From: an uncultured Candidatus Saccharibacteria bacterium
Lineage (GTDB): Bacteria > Patescibacteriota > Minisyncoccia > Minisyncoccales > Staskawiczbacteraceae
DNA: 30,769 bases
Assembly: GCA_964466215.1 (NCBI GenBank)
Contig: CAYXRV010000001.1
Coordinates: 1-30,769, forward strand
Direction: 5' to 3'
Numbering within the stretch: the stretch's first letter is position 1; every line of letters begins with the position of its first letter. The notes beneath the pieces are model-generated. The model searched no databases. It saw only the letters and a list, made by a program, of their open reading frames with translations, and had not been told where the DNA came from. Below are positions 17,197 to 24,605 of this stretch, one piece after another. A program made the position numbers and the translations under genes.

Positions 17197-18732
17197 ATGA
17201 AAACAAAAGATAGTAAAATAAAAAAAATTCGCGTCAGAATAGCTCCGTCGCCAACAGGAGCGTTGCACATTGGCACAGCCAGAAGCGCGCTTTTCAATTA
17301 TTTGTTTGCAATGAAGAATAGGGGTATTTTTGTGTTGCGCATTGAGGATACGGATTTAGAAAGGTCTGACTTAAAATGGACGCAAGATATAATAGAAGAA
17401 TTAAAATGGCTTGGCATAGACTGGCATGAGGGTCCGGACATTGATGGCAAATATGGTCCATACAAACAATCGCAGAGATTGGATATTTATGAAAAATATA
17501 TTAGAAAACTTTTAGACGAGAATAAAGCCTATTATTGTTTTTGTTCAGAAGACGAATTGGAAGAAATGCGCCAGGAGCAGATGGTTAGGGGAGTAGCTCC
17601 TCATTATAACGGGAAATGCGCCAATCTGCCAAAAGAAGAGGTGAAAAAACTTTTAGACCAAAAAAAACCATCGGTAATAAGATTTAAAATTCAACATAAG
17701 AAAGTTAAATTCACAGATTTAGTTAGAGGAGAAATAGAGTTTAATGCGGGACTTTTGGGGGACATTGTTATTGCCAAAAATTTAAATACTCCTTTGTATA
17801 ATTTTGCTGTTGCGGTTGATGATCAAGAAATGCAAATAAGCCATGTTATTAGGGGAGAAGACCATCTCTCAAACACTCCAAAGCAGATTTTAATACAAGA
17901 AGCATTGGATTTTGACCAGCCAATATATGCCCATTTACCATTGATTTTAGCGCCAGACAGGACAAAACTCTCAAAAAGGCACGGAACCGTTTCTATCGCT
18001 GAATACAGAGAGCAAGGATATTTGCCAGAGGCTTTGGTAAACTTCATGGCGCTTTTGGGCTGGAATCCGGGCACAGAAAAAGAAGTATTTACTTTGTCGG
18101 CTTTGACTAAAGAGTTTTCTATGGAAAAAGTTCAGAAAGCGGGAGCCGTTTTAAACATTCAAAAACTAAATTTTATAAACGGTTTTTATATACGCGAGAA
18201 AGCAACTGAAAAACTAACAGAACTTTGTTTGCCGTATTTAATTTCCGCAAAATTAATTGAGGAGTACAGTGGTGGTTATAAAATTGTGGAAACAGGCCAA
18301 GAAATACTTTTGGCAACTCTGCAAAAAATTGTGGAGGCGTACAAATCAAGATTAAAAAAGTTGTCAGAGATTACGGAATTCACAGATTTCTTTTTTAAGG
18401 AAAAGTTAGATTATCAAAAAGAAATATTACAATGGCAACAGATGACAGATGAAGATATCAGGGAGTCGCTTTTGGTATCAGAAAGAAAATTATCTGAAAT
18501 AAAAAATTGGAATGCAAAAAACTTAGAAGAAGAATTAATTAAAGAAGCCGTAAAATTGAATTTGGAAAAAGGTTATCCGGAAAAAAACAGGGGATTTTTG
18601 TTGTGGCCGTTGAGAACTGCTTTGTCGGGCAAGCAGGCGTCGGCCAGTCCGTTTGAAATTGCCGATATTTTAGGCAAAGAAAAAACTTTGCAAAGGATTA
18701 ATGAGGCAATAGAAAATTTAAAATATGAATGA
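17197..18732 (+). CDS. gltX: Glutamate--tRNA ligase
   Basis: RIAPSPTGALHIG, LRIEDTD, HVIRGEDH, KLSKR; start moved to ATG 17197. Confidence 0.95.
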   Translation: MKTKDSKIKKIRVRIAPSPTGALHIGTARSALFNYLFAMKNRGIFVLRIEDTDLERSDLKWTQDIIEELKWLGIDWHEGPDIDGKYGPYKQSQRLDIYEKYIRKLLDENKAYYCFCSEDELEEMRQEQMVRGVAPHYNGKCANLPKEEVKKLLDQKKPSVIRFKIQHKKVKFTDLVRGEIEFNAGLLGDIVIAKNLNTPLYNFAVAVDDQEMQISHVIRGEDHLSNTPKQILIQEALDFDQPIYAHLPLILAPDRTKLSKRHGTVSIAEYREQGYLPEALVNFMALLGWNPGTEKEVFTLSALTKEFSMEKVQKAGAVLNIQKLNFINGFYIREKATEKLTELCLPYLISAKLIEEYSGGYKIVETGQEILLATLQKIVEAYKSRLKKLSEITEFTDFFFKEKLDYQKEILQWQQMTDEDIRESLLVSERKLSEIKNWNAKNLEEELIKEAVKLNLEKGYPEKNRGFLLWPLRTALSGKQASASPFEIADILGKEKTLQRINEAIENLKYE

Positions 18733-19030
18733 AAAAGGGTTTGTGAGAAATATTGTAATTATAATTATACTTTTAATAGTGGTGTTTTTGAGTCAGCAAA
18801 CATACTTTAATAAAATCGGCAGAAATCTCTATTTCCAGGCGCAAACACAGATTAAAACATATTGGGCAAACATCTACCCCGGAGCGAGTGGGGAAGTGGA
18901 AAAGAAAAGCGCAGTTTTACAACAAGAAATTAATAAACAAAAAAATAATATTGCGCAAAATATTTGGAATAAAATAAAAAATTATTTTGCCGGTATTTTT
19001 ACAAAAGTTTCCGGCACGCCCGTGCAGTAG
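18725..19030 (+). CDS. Hypothetical single-TM protein
   Basis: 101 aa, hydrophobic N-terminus, overlaps the gltX stop. Confidence 0.6.
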   Translation: MNEKGFVRNIVIIIILLIVVFLSQQTYFNKIGRNLYFQAQTQIKTYWANIYPGASGEVEKKSAVLQQEINKQKNNIAQNIWNKIKNYFAGIFTKVSGTPVQ

Positions 19031-19147
19031 GAGATGCCTTAACAGTGTCTTTGCTCTGTTGTAGTATTATATATAATGTCGCAAAATGTAGGTAAACCGA
19101 AGTAATATAGAGTATAATAGGGCACCAAGCGCCATAAAGCAAAAGTT

Positions 19148-20119
19148 ATGAAAAAGTCATCAAAACCATTAAAAGAACATTTGCACGATTTTTTAGATTA
19201 TTGTGAAGTTGAAAAAGGTTTGCGTAATAATACTCAGGAAAATTATAAAAAATATTTAGAAAAGTTTTTTTATTGGCTAAATGATACCAAAAATAGCTCT
19301 CTGCTTCCCCACCAACTGACATCCGAACACATCTGGACCTATAGATTATACCTTTCCCGCCAACCAAGCCCGGCTACGGGCAAACTGCTGTCTAAGGGTA
19401 CCCAAAACTACTATTTAATCGCTCTAAGGGCCCTTTTAGCCTATTTTGTGGCTAAAGACATACTTTCACTGCCCCCAGGCAAAATAACCCTTCCTAAGGC
19501 CGATAAAGCTCAAAAAACAGTAAAATTCCTTAGTTTAGAGCAGATTGGCAAACTTTTGGCCTCGGTTGAACCAAAAGACGCTATTTCCATCCGTGACAGG
19601 GCTATTTTGGAGAGCTTTTTTTCAACCGGTCTTAGAATCGCAGAATTAGTATCTTTGAATCTTGAGCAGTTTAACAGCTTAAAAGATAAAAAAGATATGG
19701 AGCTTGGAGTGATTGGAAAAGGAGGCAAACCGCGTGTTGTTTATTTTTCTGAACGCGCTTTAAGCTTCATAAAAAAATATCTCGAAATAAGAAATGGAAT
19801 AGAAAATGCAAACACCAAAGCCCTGTTTATAAACTTTCGTGATAAAAAAGGAAATGCAGATAACCGTCTTTCGCCAAGGTCAATTGAAAGAATGGTAAAA
19901 AAATATGCCTTGTTGTCGGGCATACCAATTTTCACAACTCCGCATACCTTGCGCCATAGTTATGCAACAGATTTATTGAACCAAGGAGTTGACTTGCGCA
20001 GTATTCAAGAATTTTTAGGCCACAGCAATATCGCCACCACCCAAATTTACACGCACGTGACAAACAAGCGTTTGCGCGATATTCATCACCAGTTTCACTC
20101 AGACCCAGATAAAAAATAA
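19148..20119 (+). CDS. XerC/XerD-family tyrosine recombinase
   Basis: N-terminal SAM-like domain; catalytic TGLRIAE, GKGGKPR, HTLRHSYAT, LGHS and TQIY (R-K-H-R-H-Y). Confidence 0.92.
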   Translation: MKKSSKPLKEHLHDFLDYCEVEKGLRNNTQENYKKYLEKFFYWLNDTKNSSLLPHQLTSEHIWTYRLYLSRQPSPATGKLLSKGTQNYYLIALRALLAYFVAKDILSLPPGKITLPKADKAQKTVKFLSLEQIGKLLASVEPKDAISIRDRAILESFFSTGLRIAELVSLNLEQFNSLKDKKDMELGVIGKGGKPRVVYFSERALSFIKKYLEIRNGIENANTKALFINFRDKKGNADNRLSPRSIERMVKKYALLSGIPIFTTPHTLRHSYATDLLNQGVDLRSIQEFLGHSNIATTQIYTHVTNKRLRDIHHQFHSDPDKK

Positions 20120-20160
20120 GAGGTTGTAAACATCGTTAATATTAATTTTATTTACCATAA

Positions 20161-20182
20161 TTTGTCGCACAATAAGATTATT
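20161..20182 (-). repeat. 22-bp site, left member of a perfect inverted pair
   Basis: TTTGTCGCACAATAAGATTATT is the exact reverse complement of 21155-21176. Confidence 0.85.
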
Positions 20183-20184
20183 GC

Positions 20185-20214
20185 AAAATAAAACCGCCAA
20201 TGTTGCTTGGCGGT
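20185..20214 (-). terminator. Intrinsic terminator of the 20229-20489 ORF
   Basis: ACCGCCAA/TTGGCGGT stem (20193-20214) with an A-rich left flank. Confidence 0.7.
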
Positions 20215-20228
20215 ATGCCTTGCTTGGT

Positions 20229-20489
20229 TTACCCTTTGAGAAATTCTGTGTCAATTCCACATGACAAAAGTTCGGCTTGAATGGTGGCGGGAAATGGTAC
20301 GCAGGTTTTATTAGTTTTTGATTCCATACGTCGTAAAATTTCGGCACTTAAATGAAAAATTTTTTTGCGCAGAATTCCACAAAGTCCCGTAGTATTTACC
20401 TGCGCTATTATTTGTACTAATTTTTTAATCAGTTTTTCATTGGACATTTCCGCTAATTCATTTATGAATTCTTCCAGATGATTTGTCAT
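20229..20489 (-). CDS. Small hypothetical protein
   Basis: 86 aa; GGAG 7 nt before ATG; own promoter and terminator. Confidence 0.65.
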   Translation of the reverse strand: MTNHLEEFINELAEMSNEKLIKKLVQIIAQVNTTGLCGILRKKIFHLSAEILRRMESKTNKTCVPFPATIQAELLSCGIDTEFLKG

Positions 20490-20534
20490 TGTTTTTTCTC
20501 CGGATAAAGTTTTGAGATGAAAGGTTCTGATTGT

Positions 20535-20563
20535 TTTATATCACAGTAATATTTAAATTTCAA
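20535..20563 (-). promoter_or_regulatory. Sigma70-type promoter for the 20229-20489 ORF
   Basis: TTGAAA (20563-20558), 17 nt, TATAAA (20540-20535) with extended TG. Confidence 0.6.
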
Positions 20564-20566
20564 CTA

Positions 20567-20595
20567 TTGTCGCACAATTAGATATTTAGTATAAT
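20567..20595 (+). promoter_or_regulatory. Promoter of the LAGLIDADG-like gene, overlapped by a degenerate copy of the recurrent site
   Basis: TTGTCG (20567-20572), 17 nt, TATAAT (20590-20595); 20567-20586 reads TTGTCGCACAATTAGATATT. Confidence 0.55.
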
Positions 20596-20619
20596 TAACT
20601 TGCGTTAAAATAATATATT

Positions 20620-21117
20620 ATGCCAGTAAAAAATAATATTAATATTCCGGCGTTAGTTAACAAAGAAGGATGCTTTGATTTGCAGTTTAGAAAAGACACA
20701 AGGAGCGAGCGAACCGGCGCGCCGACATATTACAGATGGAAAATTCAGTTTGTTGTTACCGGCCCAAAAGAAAAAGAGAAGATGTTTAAAATTGTTAAAG
20801 GTGTGATTGGTTGCGGAGATGTTTGCATCACAAAAGACCAGGCCAGATATTCGGTGCAAAAAATTGATGATATAAATAATATGGTTGTGCCTTTTTTTCG
20901 GAAAAATCAGCTGGCTGATAAAAAGAAAAGAGACTTTGAATTGTGGCAAAGAGCGGTTGATATTATATATAAAAATAAAGGCAAATATCTTGTAAAATGG
21001 AAAAAAAACGACCTACTCTCTTTAATTGAAATTCAAAAATCGGCGGCAAAATACAAAAATAAACCAAAACAGCCAAAATGGATAAAAATGGCGCAAGCGT
21101 TGGCTAAGACGCTTTAA
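20620..21117 (+). CDS. Free-standing, degenerate single-motif LAGLIDADG-fold protein
   Basis: IPALVNKEGCFDL aligns with the LAGxxDGEGxFxx motif; downstream GCG, ARYSV, VPFF and K-K-x-DFELW pattern of LAGLIDADG endonucleases. Confidence 0.7.
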   Translation: MPVKNNINIPALVNKEGCFDLQFRKDTRSERTGAPTYYRWKIQFVVTGPKEKEKMFKIVKGVIGCGDVCITKDQARYSVQKIDDINNMVVPFFRKNQLADKKKRDFELWQRAVDIIYKNKGKYLVKWKKNDLLSLIEIQKSAAKYKNKPKQPKWIKMAQALAKTL

Positions 21118-21154
21118 TTTAGCGCTCGCTTCCCTACTCCGGCGTGTTTCCTAT

Positions 21155-21176
21155 AATAATCTTATTGTGCGACAAA
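21155..21176 (+). repeat. 22-bp site, right member of the perfect inverted pair
   Basis: AATAATCTTATTGTGCGACAAA. Confidence 0.85.
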
Positions 21177-21178
21177 AC

Positions 21179-21204
21179 AAAACCGACAAAAATGTCGGTT
21201 TTTT
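21179..21204. terminator. Bidirectional intrinsic terminator between the LAGLIDADG-like gene and uppS
   Basis: AAAACCGACA-AAAA-TGTCGGTTTT-TT. Confidence 0.75.
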
Positions 21205-21212
21205 AATTTTAG

Positions 21213-21284
21213 GCGGAAATAAGGATATTTTTCAACACGCCTCGCCCACAGCCAGCCCGAATTGAAAAATATCCCCATTTCCGC
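21213..21284 (-). repeat. 72-bp imperfect palindrome, copy 1 (24-bp stem, 24-nt G-tract loop)
   Basis: 63/72 identical to 22143-22214; on the minus strand the arms pair at 24/24 positions with 3 G-U/T pairs. Confidence 0.85.
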
Positions 21285-21295
21285 TTTTTATATGA

Positions 21296-21982
21296 TTACT
21301 TTCCGAATCTGCGAGCGCGGCGATTGAATTCTTCCAGAGCCAAGTCTAAATCTTGTTCTGTGAAATCGGGCCAAAGTTTTGGTGAAAAATATAATTCAGA
21401 ATAAGCGGCTTGCCATAAAACAAAATTAGACAATCTCATTTCTCCTCCGGCTCTTATTATTAAATCCGGAGCTGGCAGGCCATTTGTGGATAAGTAATTT
21501 TCAAATAATTTTTCGTCAATTTTTTCTGCTGGTATTTTCTCTTCTATTATTTTTTTTACTGCTTGCAAAATATCCCATTTTCCGCCATAGCTTATAGCCA
21601 AGTTCAAATTAAGGCTTGAGTTTTTGACTGTGGATTCTTCGGTTGTTTTTATGACTTTTTGCAGAGACTCCGGCAGTCTTTCTTTTTGCCCAATTATTCT
21701 TACCCTTACGCCGTCTTGATTATATTTTTCCAAATTATCAACGAGGCATTTTTCCAACAGTTTCATTAAGTAATTAACTTCTTCTTCTGACCTTGACCAG
21801 TTTTCTGTTGAAAACCCAAAAGCGGTAAGCGCTTTCACTCCCCTATTTTTGCACCATTCAGAAAAATCAACCAGATTTTTATATCCCTGCATATGGCCAT
21901 CCAAAGAAGCTATGCCTTTTTGTTTTGCCCAGCGTCGGTTGCCGTCAGGAAATAAAACAATATGTTGTGGTATGTGTTCCAT
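21296..21982 (-). CDS. uppS: Undecaprenyl diphosphate synthase (cis-prenyltransferase)
   Basis: DGNRRWA, FSTENWSR, AISYGG, PDLIIRAGGEMRLSNFVLWQ, RRFG. Confidence 0.95.
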   Translation of the reverse strand: MEHIPQHIVLFPDGNRRWAKQKGIASLDGHMQGYKNLVDFSEWCKNRGVKALTAFGFSTENWSRSEEEVNYLMKLLEKCLVDNLEKYNQDGVRVRIIGQKERLPESLQKVIKTTEESTVKNSSLNLNLAISYGGKWDILQAVKKIIEEKIPAEKIDEKLFENYLSTNGLPAPDLIIRAGGEMRLSNFVLWQAAYSELYFSPKLWPDFTEQDLDLALEEFNRRARRFGK

Positions 21983-22095
21983 AAATTTGAATTGGTTGTT
22001 TTTGTTGATACTTTGCTATTATAAATCCACAGGCGAAAGATAGCAGAATTAGCAACGCAATAACAATAGTTAGTATTATATCATTAAAATGGGCT

Positions 22096-22124
22096 TTGAC
22101 AAAGTCAGATATTTTTGCTATCAT
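22096..22124 (+). promoter_or_regulatory. Sigma70 promoter of rpmA
   Basis: TTGACA (22096-22101), 17 nt, TATCAT (22119-22124) with extended TG. Confidence 0.7.
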
Positions 22125-22142
22125 AATTTAAAGTAATCTACA

Positions 22143-22214
22143 GCGGAAATAAGAATATTTTTCAACACGCCAAACCCACCGCCAACCCGAATTGAAAAAT
22201 ATTATCATTTCCGC
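22143..22214 (-). repeat. 72-bp imperfect palindrome, copy 2, in the rpmA 5' leader
   Basis: Direct repeat of 21213-21284 with a compensatory G-C to A-T change in the stem. Confidence 0.85.
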
Positions 22215-22228
22215 TTAAATTTAAAAAT

Positions 22229-22510
22229 ATGTCAAAAACTAAACAAGGGGGTTCTTCCAGGTTAGGCAGAGATTCGGCCGCTCAAAGGCTTGGCATTAAA
22301 ATTCATGCCGGTGAAAAAGTGAAAGTTGGCATGATTATTGTCAGACAAAGAGGAACAAAATATCTCCTTGGCAAAAATGTAAAAAGGGGGTCAGACGACA
22401 CCATTTATGCAATGCGCGATGGCGTTGTTCGCTTTGGCACAAAGCAGAAAAAGCTTTTTGACGGTTCTCAAAGATTAGCAAAAATTGTAAACGTGGATAT
22501 TATTTCTTAA
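22229..22510 (+). CDS. rpmA: 50S ribosomal protein L27
   Basis: GGSSRLGRDS...RLGIK...IIVRQRGTK...GSDDTIYA...G.V.F. Confidence 0.93.
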   Translation: MSKTKQGGSSRLGRDSAAQRLGIKIHAGEKVKVGMIIVRQRGTKYLLGKNVKRGSDDTIYAMRDGVVRFGTKQKKLFDGSQRLAKIVNVDIIS

Positions 22511-24119
22511 TTGCCATTTTTATAAATTCCCTAAACAAGGGATGTGGTTTTAGCGGTCTTGATTTGAACTCGGGATGAAATTGGCTGGCCACAAAAAATG
22601 GATGATTTGGAATTTCAATAATTTCTACTAAATCTTTTTCGGGATTTACCCCGGCTATTATCATGCCATTTTTTTCTAAAAGTTTTCTATACTCGTTGTT
22701 TAATTCATAACGGTGGCGGTGGCGTTCCGATATATTGGGACTCCCGTAAGCTTTATGACTTGTTGTTCCGAATTTTAATTTGCAATTGTAAGCTCCTAAT
22801 CTCATTGTTCCGCCATATCTTCTTTCTTTTAAGAGAACTTTTTGCTCTGGCATAACATCAATCACAATATTTTTTGAAGATTGCTTAAATTCAGCCGAAG
22901 TGGCATCTTTTAATCCGCAGACATTTCTTGCAAATTCTATTACTGCCAATTGCATTCCCAAACATAATCCCAAAAATGGGATTTTATTTTTTCTGCAATA
23001 TTCAATCACTTTTATTTTCCCCTCTATTCCCCTATTCCCAAATCCTCCAGGCACAATTATGCCGTCAAATTTTTTAAGCGTTGAAAAAGATTTCGGATTT
23101 TTTTCAAAATCTTCTGAAGAAATCCATGTAATTTTTGCCTTTCTGTTGAAAGAAAAAGCAGCGTGTTTTATGGCTTCAATAACAGAAATATAAGAGTCTG
23201 TTAATGTAAAATGTCCCGATTCAAAGTATTTGCCAACTATGCCGATTTCAACCGGCAAGGGAGAATCTTGTATCATTTTAACTAATCCTTCCCATTCTTT
23301 TAAATCAGAAGCTTTGGATTTTAATCCAAACTTTTTTAATATTCTGTTGCCCATATCTTCTTTTTCAAAATTAATAGGCACCTCGTATATTGATTTTACG
23401 TCGGGGGCGGAAATAATATCTTCAATTTGGATATTACAAAAATTAGAAAGTTTTGTTTTTCTTGGTTCGTCTAGCGGAACTATAGATCTGGCCAAAATCA
23501 TATCGGGTTGGATACCGGCTGAGTTTAATGTTCTTACCGCATATTGTGTTGGTTTTGTTTTCATCTCGCCCATTATCTCTGGAATAGGCATATAGCTTAC
23601 CAAAATAAAAAGCACATCGCGGGGATTGCTTATTTTCAACATTCTGGCGGCTTCCAAAAACAACATATTTTGGTATTCGCCTATGGTCCCTCCTATTTCA
23701 ATTAAAATAAAATCGGCATTAACTTTTTTACCGGCTCTTTTTATTGTTGCTATCACTTCGTTTGGTATGTCGGGAACTACTTCAACGCATTTACCTCCGT
23801 ATTCCAGATTTCTTTCTTTATTAATTACCGACTGATAAACTCTGCCAGTTGTGAGATAATTGTCGGTGTAAATATTTTCGTCTAAAAATCTTTCGTAGTT
23901 GCCAACATCCTGGTCGCACTCTATGCCATCATCAGTCACGAAGACTTCTCCATGCTCAATAGGATTCATTGTACCGGCATCAACATTGATATAAGGGTCA
24001 ATTTTAATTGCCGTTACCTTAAATCCTTTGCTCTTTAAAATTCTTCCTATAGAGGCTGTTGCTATGCCTTTTCCAATGCCAGACATTACGCCTCCTGCTA
24101 CAAAAATATATCGCGCCAT
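22500..24119 (-). CDS. pyrG: CTP synthase
   Basis: GGVMSGIGKG, KIDPYINVDAGTM, EIGGTIG, GLCLGMQ, ERHRHRYE, SQFHPEF. Confidence 0.97.
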   Translation of the reverse strand: MARYIFVAGGVMSGIGKGIATASIGRILKSKGFKVTAIKIDPYINVDAGTMNPIEHGEVFVTDDGIECDQDVGNYERFLDENIYTDNYLTTGRVYQSVINKERNLEYGGKCVEVVPDIPNEVIATIKRAGKKVNADFILIEIGGTIGEYQNMLFLEAARMLKISNPRDVLFILVSYMPIPEIMGEMKTKPTQYAVRTLNSAGIQPDMILARSIVPLDEPRKTKLSNFCNIQIEDIISAPDVKSIYEVPINFEKEDMGNRILKKFGLKSKASDLKEWEGLVKMIQDSPLPVEIGIVGKYFESGHFTLTDSYISVIEAIKHAAFSFNRKAKITWISSEDFEKNPKSFSTLKKFDGIIVPGGFGNRGIEGKIKVIEYCRKNKIPFLGLCLGMQLAVIEFARNVCGLKDATSAEFKQSSKNIVIDVMPEQKVLLKERRYGGTMRLGAYNCKLKFGTTSHKAYGSPNISERHRHRYELNNEYRKLLEKNGMIIAGVNPEKDLVEIIEIPNHPFFVASQFHPEFKSRPLKPHPLFREFIKMAIKK

Positions 24120-24121
24120 AT

Positions 24122-24571
24122 TTAAATTTTTTCTTCTACAATGATTACTCTTACTTCAACTTCTAAGTTGTGATCCAGGCTAATTTTTATTGGAAACTCT
24201 CCCAGTGTTTTAATTGGTTTTTCTAATATGATTTTTGATTTTTTAACTTCAAATCCCACTTCCTTTAGCTTGTCTGCTATTTTTTGGCTGTTGATTGATT
24301 CAAAAAGCTGTCCTTCTCCGCCAACCTTAACCGGCATATTCAATTCCAATCCATCAAGACCAGACGCCATTTCTTGCGCTTTTTTCAAATCTTCCACAAT
24401 TTCTTTCTCTATAATTTCTTTTTGGGATTCAAGCCACTTCAAGGCCTGTTTAGTGGCAGTTTTCGCCAAGCCTTGAGGTATTAAAAAGTTTCTGGCGTGG
24501 CCATTTTTAACTTCTTTCACCTCGTATTTTTTTCCAAGGTCTTGAACGTCTTTTAGGAGAATTACTTTCAT
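24122..24571 (-). CDS. rplI: 50S ribosomal protein L9
   Basis: [14 protein letters not shown]...[16 protein letters not shown]; C-terminal LFESI...PIKTLG. Confidence 0.95.
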   Translation of the reverse strand: MKVILLKDVQDLGKKYEVKEVKNGHARNFLIPQGLAKTATKQALKWLESQKEIIEKEIVEDLKKAQEMASGLDGLELNMPVKVGGEGQLFESINSQKIADKLKEVGFEVKKSKIILEKPIKTLGEFPIKISLDHNLEVEVRVIIVEEKI

Positions 24572-24605
24572 AATATGTTTTTATTTTTATTTAACAGCGT
24601 TTATC

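Noticed and set aside
3708-17197. ORF-track starts at 3708 (thpR), 14821 (ftsW) and 17155 (gltX)
   Set aside because: The extensions cover a promoter or overlap upstream genes; downstream ATGs (3744, 14959, 17197) fit the family N-termini and the local start context.
19058-19087. AT palindrome ATTATATATAAT plus motif variant upstream of xer as a dif site
   Set aside because: The inner arm bases are ATT/AAT rather than TAA/TTA, and the AT-only palindrome is low complexity; kept only as a motif variant.
34-21117. ICE or prophage (coupling ATPase, tyrosine recombinase, homing endonuclease)
   Set aside because: These genes are separated by essential housekeeping genes; no relaxase, VirB, capsid or terminase genes are present.
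20161-21176. TTGTCGCACA copies as DnaA boxes/oriC
   Set aside because: One base longer than TTWTNCACA, conservation extends well beyond 9 bp, and gene orientation converges rather than diverges here.
21213-22214. 72-bp palindromes as integron attC sites around a uppS cassette
   Set aside because: No terminal RYYYAAC/GTTRRRY boxes, uppS is a core gene, and the recombinase shows no obvious IntI-specific insertion.
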